Shown in pieces: positions 63,568-64,000 of a DNA stretch of 64,000 bases (position 1 is its first letter; every line of letters begins with the position of its first letter). Made by a program: the position numbers and the translations under genes. The notes under the pieces are model-generated. The model searched no databases. It worked only from the letters and a program-made list of their open reading frames with translations, and was not told where the DNA came from. The stretch comes from Trichosphaerium sp. ATCC 40318. Its lineage: Eukaryota; Protista; Tubulinea. The stretch covers positions 62,001 to 126,000 of the forward strand of contig JALMLS010000323.1 of NCBI GenBank assembly GCA_038496445.1, in the 5' to 3' direction.

Positions 63568-64000
63568 CTACAATCGCTTTCCTAACCACTCAAACCCTTC
63601 TTTATAACCAACTTGTTTGACTATACTACACATGAAAACTCGCATAGATCTGGCTCCCTATAACAAGATCCTCAGCAACGAAGACAACTACATATTAAAG
63701 TAAAAAACCAACATACCTCCTCTGGTATTCGATCTATGCCAAGAGCACACTTTAATTGATCTAATCCTACTGCATCCACCATATCTATCTTATTTCCGAG
63801 AATTAAAATGGGTACTTTATCTATAACCTCAGAGCTTAATAAACCCTAGAATCAACAACGTATTAGAATCCAACTTAGAAAACCATTTTAAAAAAACGCA
63901 TACCATTAAAGCAGCCTTAGACTCTCCGAAACGCTCATGATCAGCAGTATCTACAATAAATACAATACCTCCCACCGAGTGAAAATAGCGTTCCCATTGA
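63568..64000 (-). CDS. 5'-partial Sar1-like small GTPase (missed by ORF track)
   Basis: Spliced: QWERYFHSVGGIVFIVDTADHERFGESK..|PILILGNKID..|ARSMRVFMCSIVKQVGYKEGFEWL. Confidence 0.85.

Noticed and set aside
1-64000. Prokaryotic operon, CRISPR array or defence island
   Set aside because: Genes are interrupted by spliceosomal introns and encode eukaryotic proteins; I saw no regularly spaced DNA direct repeats.
1-64000. Alternative genetic code or stop-codon readthrough to explain fragmented ORFs
   Set aside because: In the conserved genes (NSA2, gpsA, CCT4, PEX4) the in-frame stops are removed by GT/GC-AG introns, and TAA, TGA and TAG all occur as terminal stops.

Overview
AT-rich, gene-dense, intron-rich nuclear DNA of a eukaryotic microbe. 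A free-living protist, possibly amoebozoan, is my inference only. Introns are mostly 40-70 nt with GTACGT/GTAAGT donors, and several donors are GC. The ORF track therefore shows only exon fragments; I spliced about 30 genes by eye, so exon boundaries are unverified. Housekeeping genes: NSA2, GpsA-type G3P dehydrogenase, CCT4, PEX4, MIOS, an RCC1-repeat protein, IES6/INO80C, GPALPP1 and a partial Sar1-like GTPase. There is also a ubiquitin-system set (four F-box proteins, a RING protein, a Josephin-like peptidase) and several bacterial-type or secreted enzymes (VKOR-thioredoxin, a RimK-associated DTGA protease, DUF2961, GH12-RICIN, an unknown CAZyme-like protein). Most notable: (1) four paralogues built from a ~72-aa 'W..DWY..GG..Y..SL..AL..YP...W' tandem repeat, two ending in a PD-(D/E)XK/RAP-like nuclease, one in a J-domain and one with no recognisable effector, with transit-peptide-like N-termini where visible; (2) a duplicated dicistronic tRNA(GAA)-tRNA-Leu unit with a conserved upstream element, an atypical GAA tRNA body and a CAA/AAG anticodon switch; (3) a short MVP-like protein plus a stand-alone PARP4-type MVP-interacting domain protein; (4) strong CACGTG enrichment.
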